DNA of 64,000 bases. Source: Hemiscyllium ocellatum. Its lineage: Eukaryota. Position 1 is the stretch's first letter. Every line of letters begins with the position of its first letter. The stretch covers positions 12,721,363-12,785,362 of the forward strand of contig NC_083433.1 in NCBI RefSeq assembly GCF_020745735.1, given 5' to 3'. Shown here piece after piece: positions 13,140-37,580 of the stretch. The notes beneath the pieces are model-generated. The model did no database searches. It saw only the letters and a list, made by a program, of their open reading frames with translations, and was not told where the DNA came from. The position numbers were made by a program, and so were the translations under genes.

Positions 13140-14200
13140 CAAACTGCTGACTTAAGCAGCAAGAATAAATCAGATGGAAGCATCTAACCTCAAGCATTGC
13201 TGTTAATCCCAGATCACTGTCATCCTGCTCATTTCAGCAGTGGGTGACGATGAGAGCATGCGTATTAATTCAATACAGCTCAGGAGAGTGCCTTGAGCCG
13301 ACTCCCTGGAATGCATCTGCTGGGAATGTTTGCAGTGAATTATCCCAGCTCTGAGCTAGCAGACTTGAAGTTTATTGAAAGGGCAGTAGTGGTGTTAGGA
13401 GTAAGACCTCAGATAGGGAGGAACAGTGGGACAACATTACTACTTCAGAGAAACATCTCCCCTACTCTGGATTGACTCCTGGCAGAAATGGAATAGGTAT
13501 TTAAATTAAAGTTTCCTATCAGGAGCTACATGTTTGACTCAGACTATGGAGAAATGGACTGGTCATTGTGCCCGACTGCTAATGGCTGTAGCAAGAGGTG
13601 AAGATCACAGGCCCCTGTGCTGGTTCTGGTCTGAATCCCAACTGGCTCCTGAGGCTAAAAGGAGAGGGAAGTAAAACCACAATATTTAGAATATCCTGAT
13701 CATGTCAGAGCTCCAGTGGGCATCTGGATCAGACAAGTTGAGATCATATCATGAACAGCTAAGCTGGTTCCTCCATCCAGCCTGATGGACCCTATCCAAG
13801 GCCTACAGGAAGAGATGAACAGATCCGGTCAACCAGATCATGTAGTTGTTTATGGAGTACTGCCAAAGTGAATAAAGACATTGATGTCAAGGTTAACATG
13901 TGATGGGCAAATCTGGAAGTGAACGTGGAATTAAAGATGTGGGATGGCTATGGAAATGGATGCCTGGACTTGATCTTCTGAGGTGGTATGGAAACTTCCT
14001 TGTACAAGTGTTCATGGCTACAATTGTACCCATCAAGTCCAGGAAAGTATAATTCTTGGACAAAAGAAAGGTTTGACGCCACAGACTGCTATCCAGAACC
14101 TCATTCAAGTCTTGGTCAGGGGAAACTTGAGTTTTAGTCATTTTGCAGAACTCCCATCTAGTTATCCTGTCCAATGGGGTATGGGAAGAGAGAAGAGGAG
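13140..14200 (-). mobile_element. Possible ancient RTE-like LINE relic in the spacer downstream of each gene
   Basis: Homologous units translate to ..SQSGFKTGPAQGPVIFT.., reminiscent of the RT motif PESQCGFR..R.T.DMIF. Heavily decayed. Confidence 0.35.
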
Positions 14201-14334
14201 ACATTTAGTGTGGTGATTAGTCCAGTGAGGAACCAAATTGCAAAGTGTTTGTCAAGCTCTCCAGAGATGCAAACAAATTCAAGTGAAGTACCAGTGGACT
14301 GAATGATGGACAATAAGCAAGATCAATACAAGAT

Positions 14335-14340
14335 TTTATT
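14335..14340 (-). terminator. Polyadenylation signal AATAAA of copy 2. Homologs at 23608-23613, 32453-32458, 37444-37449, 46175-46180, 54968-54973, 63607-63612
   Basis: Conserved AATAAA ~120-135 nt downstream of the stop codon in copies 2-8. Confidence 0.75.
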
Positions 14341-14472
14341 CATTTCCATTCAGGTGGTACAGCCATTACATTCTTGCCAACATGCTCCTTCTCCCTGGGT
14401 GGGGGAAGCCAGATTGTCCAAGTGAAGTCAGTAATGCATTCAGACAAAGAGCAGACAGTCCCCCAGGCCCCA

Positions 14473-19611
<5,139 letters not shown>

Positions 19612-19714
19612 TTTGTGACAAATTATGGCACTACTTACCCACTCAAGTCAAAGGCCAACCACAAACTTAGAATTGCCACCAATTCTACCTAAATCATCAG
19701 AGCCTTTGTACTTT

Positions 19715-19860
19715 TATTTATACTAGAGGAGCAGACCTGATTTTATTAAGCAGGAAATGACATCATCAGTGATGGCCAATCACTCTTGTTAATCAATCGA
19801 TCAGCTGCCATGTCCATTCAGCGCAGAATGGGAATTGGATCCAGAAGCCAAACAGAATTG
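19715..19860 (-). promoter_or_regulatory. Promoter of copy 2
   Basis: TATAAATA at 19715-19722 (minus), CAGGAAATGACATCA at 19751-19765, CCAAT at 19776-19780. Confidence 0.65.
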
Positions 19861-20042
19861 ACAACTGGTGGATGATGAAATTAGTGATTGACCTCTGACA
19901 CAAGTGCAAATTCTCTAAGTATATCTACCTAAAAATGAGATTAAAACATACTCTGAAACTTCACTATCGTATTTGAGCTTGTGTATTAAGACAGGCTGAA
20001 AACAGATTTGAAGAATTTTGTCAGTTTGTTACTCCGAGGGAT

Positions 20043-20365
20043 TTAGATTAGATTAGATTAGATTACTTACAGTGTGGAAACAGGCCCTTCGGCCCAACAA
20101 GTCCACACCGACCCGCTGAAGCGCAACCCACCCATACCCCTACATTTACCCCTTACCTAACACTACAGGCAATTTAGCATGGCCAATTCACCTGACCCGC
20201 ACAGCTTTGGACTGTGGGAGGAAACCGGAGCATCCGGAGGAAACCCACGCAGACACAGGGAGAACGTGCAAACTCCACACAGTCAGTCGCCTGAGTCGGG
20301 AACTGAACCCGGGTCTCAGGCGCTGTGAGGCAGCAGTGCTAACCACTGTGCCACCGTGCACACGG
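20043..20365 (-). mobile_element. Young HE1-like SINE upstream of copy 2 only
   Basis: CpG-rich, with a (TAATC)n tail. Interrupts GAGGGATTTGTCTTCC, which is intact in the other units. Confidence 0.9.
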
Positions 20366-21099
20366 TTGTCTTCCTACCTTTTGAATGACAGTGTTGAGAG
20401 TCCATTGAAAAATGGCTAGATTTTGTTGACAGTAAACATTTGCCTATTGCTTGACTGTGACAGAAATGCAGTGCTTTTGGGTCCTATTGCAGGCAACTGA
20501 TGTACTTTGTGGATCCATTCTGAATCTGCTGTGATCTCTTTGATCTTAGGTCTCAGGAAGCCCAGTTTAAAACCAAAACACTAAATGTGCTGAGTGTGTT
20601 AGCCATGGAGTAGGCCTCAGGCCTCCATGTTTAAATTGTTGTTGGAAACATACTGCATGATCAACTTTTCAACTCCATGTTCAGTTTCTAATTGTTTCAA
20701 GATGAACTGGCCCTCAACTCAAGGATGTTTCCAAGTGGAGAGATTCTGATTCTGTTTACATTGTATTCTGTCGAACGTACAGCTCAGAAAGTGGTCTCCC
20801 AACCCGATGTGGTCCATACGCACATCTATATGGACATGAGAGTATCTCAACCTAAAGTTGAATGTGTTGAACTGAGCAGCCTCCAGTGGAATGGTGGGCT
20901 GTGAGAGTTTGGGGATTGAAGGTGCCCACTCAATGTTAGGGTATGATCACAGCCTTGACGGATGGATTGGTGGAAGCAAGTTACTTTGACCCAGTATCTG
21001 ATTCAAATACCAGGTTACAGTCTAGCCATTACTTGTCAGATTGAGTTACAAGTTTGAGTATTATACATGGAACCACGGTCAGAGTCAACCCTGATAAAT

Positions 21100-21480
21100 A
21101 TTCATGGCGATGAGAGTAAGTCAGATGCTGGGAATTCTGTTGTGAATTTCTCAACTCCTGACTTTCCAAAGCCTCTCCAAAATCTACAAGACCAAAGTTA
21201 GGAAAAGTGGTGGGATATTTTCCAATTTTCTGGCTGAATACATCCCTAAGAACACTGACGGAGCCCCAGGGAAATCTCTCACCATCCTGAATTGGAACAA
21301 TATCACTGTTTCTGAATCCAAGTCCCAGACGCCCCCCCTCAGCAGCAGCAGCAGCATCTGGTCTCTCCCACACCAGGTGGGCTGTAATAACCAGCTCATC
21401 ACCACCTCCTGAAGGGTAACTGCGGCTGGGCACGAAACGGAATCTTCTGATTGGCATACTGAGGATTCACCAATAAAAAC
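21100..21480 (+). mobile_element. Ancient decayed LINE 3' portion with an internal (CAG)n, repeated per unit
   Basis: Plus strand resembles the LGIL..LLT.QSLSTIYKT.VR..V.Y.P..W motif of CR1/L2-group ORF2 C-termini. Confidence 0.55.
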
Positions 21481-21489
21481 CACCCTGTG

Positions 21490-21788
21490 ATGGTGCCAGA
21501 GGAAGTGGTGGAGGCGGGTACAATTATAACCTTTAAAAGACATTTGGACGGATACTTGAATGGGAAGGTTTTAGAGGGACATAGGCCAAATGCAGGAAAG
21601 GGCAACTGGTACAGTTTCGGAAATCTGATCGGCATGGACAGGTTGGACCTAAGGGTTTGCTTCTGTGATGTCTGACTCTATGTCACTACTGGTGTGCAAC
21701 AGCATGTTTCGTTAGGATGGTGTAGTGGCTCAGTGGTTAGCACTGCCACCTCACAGCGCCAAGGACCTGGGTTTGATTCCAGCCGCGG

Positions 21789-21847
<59 letters not shown>

Positions 21848-22050
21848 GAGTGTGCATGCTCTCCATGTGTCTGTGTGGGTTTCCTAGGAGTGCTCCAGTT
21901 TCCTTCCACAGTCCAAAGATGTGCAGGATCAGTGAATTGGCCTTGGGAAATGTAGGGTTAAGGGGATTGGGTGGGTCTGAACAGGATGCTGTTCAGATAA
22001 TTGGTGCAGACTCAATGGGCTGAATGGCCTCAGCCTGCACTGTAGGGAGT
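21490..22050 (+). mobile_element. Spacer LINE 3' end followed by an HE1-like SINE, repeated per unit (~12290-12830, 30270-30905, partial 35707-35885, 43985-44630, 52760-53405, 61430-62080)
   Basis: WNELPEEVVEAGTIITFKRHLDGYMN-type CR1 C-terminus, then a SINE head. Confidence 0.85.
21793..21842. repeat. (GT)25 microsatellite inside the spacer SINE
   Basis: Direct reading. Confidence 0.95.
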
Positions 22051-23746
22051 CTGTCAGCATGACCTGATTATTTACAATAAAAGATTTTACATTGTGGAAT
22101 GCATATGTTAAGGACCTAAACCCTCCCTGAAGGCTGCAGTGTATGCTCATTACAAAATTCACTCAAACAATCACCAGGACAGCCCCCTCCCTAACCCACG
22201 ATCCCTGAAACCCCAAAGATAAAGGAGCAGCTATACAGGAGAGTCAGCAGCTCCAGGTTTCCTTTCAGAAGGACAGCACTCCCCAACTTGGAGAGAAATC
22301 ACTGCTCCTTCAACATCACTGGGTCAAATCAAACTGCAGCAGGAGAATCCTTCAGCACATGGGAAGCTGGGAGGAAGCTAGGATCAGCTTGGACTGCTGA
22401 CTTTAGCAGCAAGAGTAAATCAGATGGAAGCATCTAACCTCAAGCATTGCTGTGTTATTCCCAGATCACAGTCATCCTGCCCATTTCAGCTGTAGGTGAT
22501 GATGAGAGCATGTGTATGAATTCAATGCAGCTCAGGAGAATTTCTTTAGCTGATTCCCAAAAATGTGTCTGCAGGGAAGGTTTGCAGTGAATGATCCCAG
22601 CTCTAGGTGGGCAGGCTTGAGGTTTATTGAAAGTGCTGGAGTGATGTTAGGGGTGCATCTTCAGATAAGGAGGTACACAAAAGTGGGGGAAAAGATACAG
22701 TGGGATAACATTGGTACTGCTGGAAAAACTCCCCCCTGGTGTGGATTGATTCCTTGTTGTGCTAGAATGGGTATTTAATCAAGGTGCTCATTGGGAGCTG
22801 CATGTTTGACTCAGACTACAGAGAAATGAACCAGTCTACATACCCCACTGCTAATGGCTGCAACAAGGCAAGGGGTGAAGATCACAGGGCCCCTGCTGGT
22901 CCTGGTCTGAAGCCCAACTCAAAGGTGAAAGAAAACAGTAGCATTTAGAATATCCTGGTCATGTTGAGTTCGATTGGGAAGCTATACCAGATGAACAGAT
23001 CATATCATTCCACCATCTGGATAGAAACCAGATGGTCATGGACCTCAGGCAGAAACCTGTAAGAGGTGAGTAGATATAGGCACCCAGCTCATGCCGTTTG
23101 ATTTGAAATTGCATAGTCCTTTCCAAAAGGAAAAGGAAGACATTGACGTGGAGGTGAACAGTCGATGGGCAAATCTGGAAGCAAACTTGGAATCAAAGAT
23201 TTAGGGTGTCTAGGGAAATGGATGTTTGGTCTTGGGAGGTATGGAAACTTCCCTGCCCACTGTTTGCCTAAGACTGTAGGCATTGGTCCAAAAAAAAAGT
23301 ATAATGCATTTTTTGTCCAAGAATTAAAAAAAGTTTTATCCTCCAGATTGTGAAATACCCAACCTCAAGTGTGGGGCATGATAGCTTGAATTTTAGTTAC
23401 AACAACTCCATCTAGTTATTCCTGTCCAGTGGGGTGTGGAGTGTCAGCTGAGGTGTAAGTGAAGAGGAGACATTTGGTGAGGTGTTTTAGTCCAGTGATT
23501 GAGCCAAGCTGCAGGATGATTACTAACATCAAGCACCTCACATAGCAAACAAATTTGAGAGAAGGATCAGTGGTCCAGATGGACAAAAAGCAAGATCAAT
23601 AGAAGATTTTATTCATTTCCATTTCAGGTGGTACAGCTATTACATTCTTGCCAACATACTCCTTCTCCCTGGGTGGGGGAAGCCAGATTGTCCAAGTGAA
23701 GTCAGTAATGCATTCAGACAAAAGCAGACAGCCCCCCCATGTCCCA

Positions 23747-28705
<4,959 letters not shown>

Positions 28706-28816
28706 TTTCTCTCAAGTATTGCACTACCTGCCCACCCAAGACAAATCACAGAACAAGAACAACAAACTTAGAATTAACCACCAACACTACCTAAATCATC
28801 ACAGCCTTTGGACTTT

Positions 28817-28960
28817 TATTTATACTCCAGCAGCAGACCCTCATTTTTATTAAGCAGGAAATGACATCATCAGTGATGGCCAATCACTCTTGTTAATCAT
28901 TCGATCAGCTACCATGTCCATTGAGTGCAGAATGGGAATTGGATCCAGAAGCCAATTAGA
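28817..28960 (-). promoter_or_regulatory. Promoter of copy 3
   Basis: TATAAATA at 28817-28824 plus the same conserved module. Confidence 0.6.
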
Positions 28961-31900
28961 ATTGACAACTGTTCGATGATGAAATTAGTGATTGACCTCT
29001 TATACAAGTGCAAATTCTCTCAGTATATCTACCTGAAAATGAGATTAAAACATACTCTGAAACTTCACTATTGTATTTGAGCTTGTGTATTAAGACATGC
29101 TGAAAATGATTTGCAGAATTTTGTCAGTTTGTTACGCTGAGGGATTTGTCTTCCTACCTTTTGAATGACAATGTTGGAAGTCCATTGAAAAATGGCTAGA
29201 TGTTGTTGACATTAAACATTTGCCTATTGATTGACTGTGACAGAAATACAGTGCTTTTGGGTCATCTAGTGCAGGTAACTGATGTACTTTGTGGATCCAT
29301 TCTGAATCTGCTGTGATCTCTTTGACCTTAGGTCTCAGGAAGCCCAGTTTAAAACCAAAACACTAAATGCGCTGAGTGTGTCAGCCATGTAGTAGGCCTC
29401 AGGCCTCCATGTTTCAATTGTTGTTGGAAACATACTGCATGATCAACTTTTCAACTCCATGTTCAGTTTTTAATTGTTTCAAGACGAACTGGCCCTCAAC
29501 TCAAGGATGTTTCCAAGTGGAGAGATTCTGGTTGTGTTTACATTGTATTCTGTCGAACGTACAGCTCAGAAACTGGCCTCCCAACCCGATGTGGTCCATA
29601 CGCACATCTTTATGGACATGAAAGTATCTCAACCTAAAGTTGAATGTGTTGAACCGAGCAGCCTCCAGTGGAATGGTGAGCTGTGAGAGTTTGGGGATTG
29701 AAGGTCCCCACTCAATGTTAGGGTATGATCACAGCCTTGATGGATGGATTGGTGGAAGCAAGTTACTTTGACCCAGTATCTGATTCAAATATTAGGTTAC
29801 AGTCTTAGCAATTACTTGTCAGATTGAGTTACACGTTTGAGTATTATACATGGAACCACGGTCAGAAGTCAACCCTGATAAATATTCATGGCGATGAGAG
29901 TAAGTCAGATGCTGGGAATTCTGTTGTGAATTTCTCAACTCCTGACTTTCCAAAGCGTCTCCACCATCTACAAGACCAAAGTTAGGAAAAGTGGTGGGAT
30001 ACTTTCCAATTTTCTGGCTGAATACAGCCCCAAGAACACTGACGGAGCCCCAGCGAAATCTCTCGCCATCCTGAGTTGGAACAATATCACTGTTTCTGAA
30101 TCCAAGTCCCAGAAGCCCCCCCCTCAGCAGCAGCAGCAGCATCTGGTCTCTCCCACACCAGGTGGGCTGTAATAACCAGCTCATCACCACCTCCTGAAGG
30201 GTAACTGCGGCTGGGCACGAAACGGAGCCTTCTGATTGGCACACTGAAGATTGAACAATAAAAATCACCCTGTGACAGGGTGGGGGGGTACAACACTAGA
30301 GGGGCATAGGCTTAAGGTGAGAGGAGAAAGATTAAAAATAGGGATGTGAGGGGCAACCCTTACAGAGAGAGTGTGCTGTGTACATGGAACGAGCTGCCAG
30401 AGGAAGTGGTGGAGGCGGGTACAATTATAACATTTAAAAGAAATTTGAATGGATACATGAATGGGAAGGTTTTAGAGGGACATGGGCCAAATGCAGGCAA
30501 GGGCAACTGGTACAGTTTTGGAAAGCTGGTCGGCATGGACAGGTTAGACCAAAGGGTCTGCTTCTGTGATGTATGACTCTAATACTCTACTGGTTTGCAA
30601 CAGCATGTTTCTTTAGGATGGTGTGGTGGCTCAGTGGTTAGCACTGCTGCCTCACAGCGCCAGGGACCTGGGTTTGATTCCAGCTGCGGGTGAGTGTTCG
30701 TGTATAGAGTGTGCATGCTCTCCCTGTGTCTGTGTGAGTTTCCTATGAGTGCTCCAGTTTCCTTCCACAGTCCAAAGATGTGCAGGATCAGTGAATCGTC
30801 CATGGGAAATGCAGTGTTCAGAGGATTGGGTGGGTCTGAACAGGATGCTGTTCAGATAACTGGTGCAGACTCAATGGGCTGAATGGCCTCAGCCTGCTCT
30901 TTAGGGATCTGTCAGCATGACTTGATTGTTTACAATAAAAGGTTTTACGTTGTGGAATAAATATGTTAAGGACCTAAATCCTCCCTGAAGGCCGCAGTGT
31001 ATGCTCACTACAAAATTCACTCCAACAATCACCAGGACAGCCCCCTCCCTTAACCCACGATCCCTGAAACCCCAAACATAAAGGAGCAGCTGTAGAGGAG
31101 AGTCAGCATCTCCAGGTTTCCTTTCAGAAGGACAGCACTCCCCAACTTGGAGAGAAATCACTGCTCCTTCAACATCACTGGGTCAAATCAAACTACATCA
31201 GGAGAATCCTTCAGCACATGGGAAGCTGGGAGGAAGCTAGGATCAGCTTGGACTGCAAACTGCTGACTTTAGCAGCAAGAGTAAATCAGATGGAAGCATC
31301 TAACCTCAAGCATTGCTGTTATTCCCAGATCACAGTCATCCTGCTCATTTCAGCTGTAGGTGATGATGAGAGCAGGTGTATTAATTCAATGCAGCTCAGG
31401 AGACTTTCTTCAGCTGACTCCCAGGAATGTGCATCTGCAGGGAAGGTTTGCAGTGAATGATCCCAGCTCTGGGCAGGCATGCATGAAGTTTATTGAAAAT
31501 GCAGGAGCGATGTTAGGAGTGAGTCTTCAGAGAGGGAGGTAGATACAATCGAATAACATTGCTACTGTTAGGAAAAGCTCCCCCTGGTGTGGATTGACTC
31601 CTTGTTGTGCTAGAATGAGTATTTAATCAGAACACAGGAGCTGCATATTTGACTCACTACAGATGAATGAACTGGTTGACATTCCCAACTGCTAATGGGT
31701 GTAACAAGGCAAAGGGTGAAGATCACAGGCCCCTGTGCTGCTCCTGTTTTGAACCCTGACTGGCTCCAGAGGCTGGGCTCAGGTAAAGAAAACAGCACCA
31801 TTTAGAATATCCAGGTCATGTTAGATGTTCATTGGGAGTTATACCAGACAGGTTGAGATCATATCCTTCCCAGGTTAGCTGGTTCCTCCATAGAGTCAAA

Positions 31901-32579
31901 TAGACTTCACCCAAGGCCTACAGGAATAGGTGAACAGATCTGGTCACCCAGATCATGCAGTTTGACTCCAAATTGTGGAGTACTTCTAAAGACATTGATG
32001 TTGGGGGTGAACTCTTCATGGGCAAATCTGGAAGTGAACATGGAATCAAAGATGTGGGGGATCTAGGGAAATTGATCTCTTGAAGAGGAACACAAACTTC
32101 CTTGCACACTGTTTGATATAAGCTACAACTGTAGGCATTAGCTCAGAAGAGTATAATTCTTGGACAAGAGAATCATTAGATGGAGTATAAAACCTGAGTG
32201 TGAAACACCCAACCTCACAGGCTGGGCAGGATAGTCTGCATTTTAGTTACAAAAACTCCATCTACTTATTCCTATCCAATTGGGTGTGGAGTGTTGGTCG
32301 AGGGGTGGGAGAGGGGAAAGAGTGATGAGGATACGTTCAGGGAGGTGTTTTAGTCCGGTATGAGCCAAATTGGCATCAAGCTCTCCAGAAATCACTAACA
32401 AGTGAGTGAAGGATCAGTGGTCTGAATGATGGACAATCAGCAAGTACAAGGTTTTATTCACTTCCATTCAGGTGGTACAGCCATTACATTCTTGCCAACA
32501 TGCTCCTTCTCCCTGGGAGGGGGAAGCCAGATTGTCCAAGTGAAGTCAGTAATGCATTCAGACAGTCCCCCATGTCCCA

Positions 32580-34342
<1,763 letters not shown>

Positions 34343-37300
34343 CTGAAAGAGAACCATTTCCATCCCATTAACACATCACTGACCCCAATTCTAGTGGTCA
34401 GAAGTAGAGACTAATTTAGTCCTCAAATCAGATTGACTATTCAAGCAGTTATTAATCCTCTGCATTCTCAACCAGGGTTTAATATCCCAGTGTTGCCCAG
34501 TGAGCCAGCAGCTCTTAACCCCAGCTTCCTCCTGGGGACATGCAACATCCATGTTTTAATTTGGATTAAACAGCTGGAGTTGCTCAGCAGGTCGGGTACA
34601 GATCAGAGGAGAGAAACACTAAATTCATGTTTCTGCTCATTAAACACCATTAGAATTGGAAGATATTAGACATTTATTGAAGAGTTTCAATCAAGGGAGG
34701 TATCTAGAGAGAGTGATATGTGCCAAATGGGACTAGATTAATGCAAGATATCTAGCTGGCATGGAAGAGTGGCTTAGATGGTCTGTTTCTATGGAGACCA
34801 GGTCTAGGATGGTAGATGTCAAATATTCTGCATGAAACCAACTGAAGTTGTAACCTTTAACAAGGTGAGGGTTCAGTTGGATGAACAAGGAAAACCACTG
34901 GAGTACTAAGTGCAGTCTACTCCATTCAACATTAACCAGAGGGTAATACCCAGTCACCAGGACATTCTGAATGAAAGTAGATACAAGATGGATATCAGAA
35001 CACTGGGACAGTAGACCATTCAGCCCCTCAAGCTTGTCCTGCCATTCAATGAGAAAGTAGCCCTGCAGCAGCCTCATGGTATTACATTGTTCCTTTGGGG
35101 CTAAACTGGAAAAATGGATGTTGGACACTGCTGGCACTAGAAAGCCTGTGCAAGGAACCTTTGAATTGTAAGCAAGCAACTGAGTGATTAGAAAAGTGTA
35201 ACTTGATCATGGAAGAGCCCGATACAGGGAAACCTCATGCGACCCAGATTAACCATTACATCAAGCTGGTGACACCATCTGCAGGTAAATGGAAAAGCAC
35301 TGTGCTTGGTTTGACTTGAGCAGTTCCAACCATTAGATTTACACCCATATTTGACACAAACAAACATTGAACATTCCCTTGTGAGCATGATGGTTATGTT
35401 AATGCTACTCCTTCAAGCAGTTGTTTCATCCTTGGTTTGTGTCCCCCTCAAGATGGGTCATAAAGGCAGAGGTGCTGCCATGTCTGGAAATAGCTTCTTC
35501 AAACAATGGCAAGGGAGTGGCCAGTTCAGTTATTCTCCAATCTTGGTTTGTGTTAACAGGCAGAAGCTGCTGGGAGCAGAGAAGCTGTTACTCTGAAACT
35601 AAGTTCCATGCTTCAACAGATGTTTCTTACTTGAACGCTCCAAAAACTCCTGCCAGCAAGTGGAGTTTGTATTTACCATTTGCTGAAGGGGGTGTTTCTG
35701 GGCTGTTGTGTGAGTTTCCTAGGATTGCTCCAGTTTCCTTCCACAGTCCAAAGATGTGCAGGATCAGTGAATCGGCCATGGGAAATGCAGTGTTCAGAGG
35801 ATTGGGTGGGTCTGAACAGGATGCTGTTCAGATAATTGATGCAGACACAATGGGCTGAATGGCCTCAGCCTGCTCTTTAGGGATCTGTCAGCATGACTTG
35901 ATTGTTTACAATAAAAGGTTTTACGTTGTGGAATAAATATGTTAAGGACCCAAACCCTCCCTGAAGGCCGCAGTGTATGCTCACTACAAAATTCACTCCA
36001 ACAATCACCAGGAGAGCCCCCTCCCTAACCCACGATCCCTGAAACCCCAAAGATAAAGGAGCAGCTGTACAGGAGAGTCAGCATCTCCAGGTTTCCTTTC
36101 AGAAGGACAGCACTCCCCAACTTGGAGAGAAATCATTGCTCCTTCAACATCACTGGGTCAAATCAAACTGCATCAGGAGAATCCTTCACCCTATGGGAAG
36201 CTGGGAGGAAGCTCTGATCAGCTTGGACTGCAAACTGCTGACTTTAGCAGCAAGAGTAAATCAGATGGAAGCATCTAACCTCAAGCATTGCTGTTATTCC
36301 CACATCACAGTCATCCTGCCCATTTCAGCTGTAGGTGACGATGAGAGAATGTGTATTAATTCAATGCAGCTCAGGAGAATTTCTTCAGCTGACTCCCAGG
36401 AATGTGTGTCTGCAGGGAAGGTTTGCAGTGAATAATCCCAGCTCTGGGCAGGCATGCATGAAGTTTATTGAAAGTGCAGGAGCGACATTAGGAGTGAGTC
36501 TTCAGACAGGGAGGTAGATGAAAGTGAGGGAGATACAGTCGAATAACATTGCTACTGTTAGGAAAAGCTCCCCCTGGTGTGGATTGACTCCTTGTTGTGC
36601 TAGAATGGGTATTTAATCAGAACACAGGAGCTGCATGTTTGACTCACTACAGATAAGTGAACTGGTCGACATTCCCAACTGCTAATGGCTGCAATAAGGC
36701 AAGGGGTGAAGATCACAGGCCCCTGTGCTGGTCCTGTTTTGAACCCTGACTGGCTCCAGAGGCTAGGCTCAGGTAAAGAAAACAGCAGCATTTAGAATAT
36801 CCAGGTCATGTTAGAGGTCCATTGGGAGTTATACCAGACAGGTTGAGATCATATCATTGGCAGGTTAGCTGGTTCCTCCATACAGCCCAACAGACCTCAC
36901 CCAAGGCCTGCAGGAATAGGTGAGCAGATGTGGTCACCCAGATCATGCAGTTGGACTCCAAATTGTGGAGTACTTCTAAAGACATTGATGTTGGGGGTGA
37001 ACTCTTCATGGGCAAATCTGGAAGTGAACATGGAATCAAAGATATGGGGTAATCTAGGGAAATTGATCTTTTGATGAGGAACACAAACTTCCTTGCACAC
37101 TGTTTGATATAAGCTACAACTGTAGGCATTAGCTCAGAAGAGTATAATTCTTGGACAAGAGAATCATTAGATGGAGTATAAAACCTGAGTGTGAAACACC
37201 CAACCTCACAGGCTGGGCAGGATAATCTGCATTTTAGTTACAAAAACTCCATCTACTTATTCCTATCCAATTGGGTGTGGAGTGTTGGTCGAGGGGTGGG

Positions 37301-37580
37301 AGAGGGGAAAGAGTGATGAGGATACGTTCAGGGAGGTGTTTTAGTCCGGTATGAGCCAAATTGGCATCAAGCTCTCCAGAAATCACTAACAAGTGAGTGA
37401 AGGATCAGTGGTCTGAATGACAGACAATCAGCAAGTACAAGGTTTTATTCACTTCCATTCAGGTGGTACAGCCATTACATTCTTGCCAACATGCTCCTTC
37501 TCCGTGGGAGGGGGAAGCCAGATTGTCCAAGTGAAGTCAGTAATGCATTCAGACAAAAGCAGACAGTCCCCCATGTCCCA

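Noticed and set aside
19626-19640. UAGUGC in the 5' leader as a possible variant IRE loop
   Set aside because: The flanking bases do not form the 5-bp upper stem or C-bulge in any copy.
21029-21457. Long minus-strand spacer ORFs with poly-Ala/Leu (RPDAAAAA...), up to 172 aa
   Set aside because: The frame changes between units, and the region is the antisense of a decayed LINE 3' end plus a CAG microsatellite.
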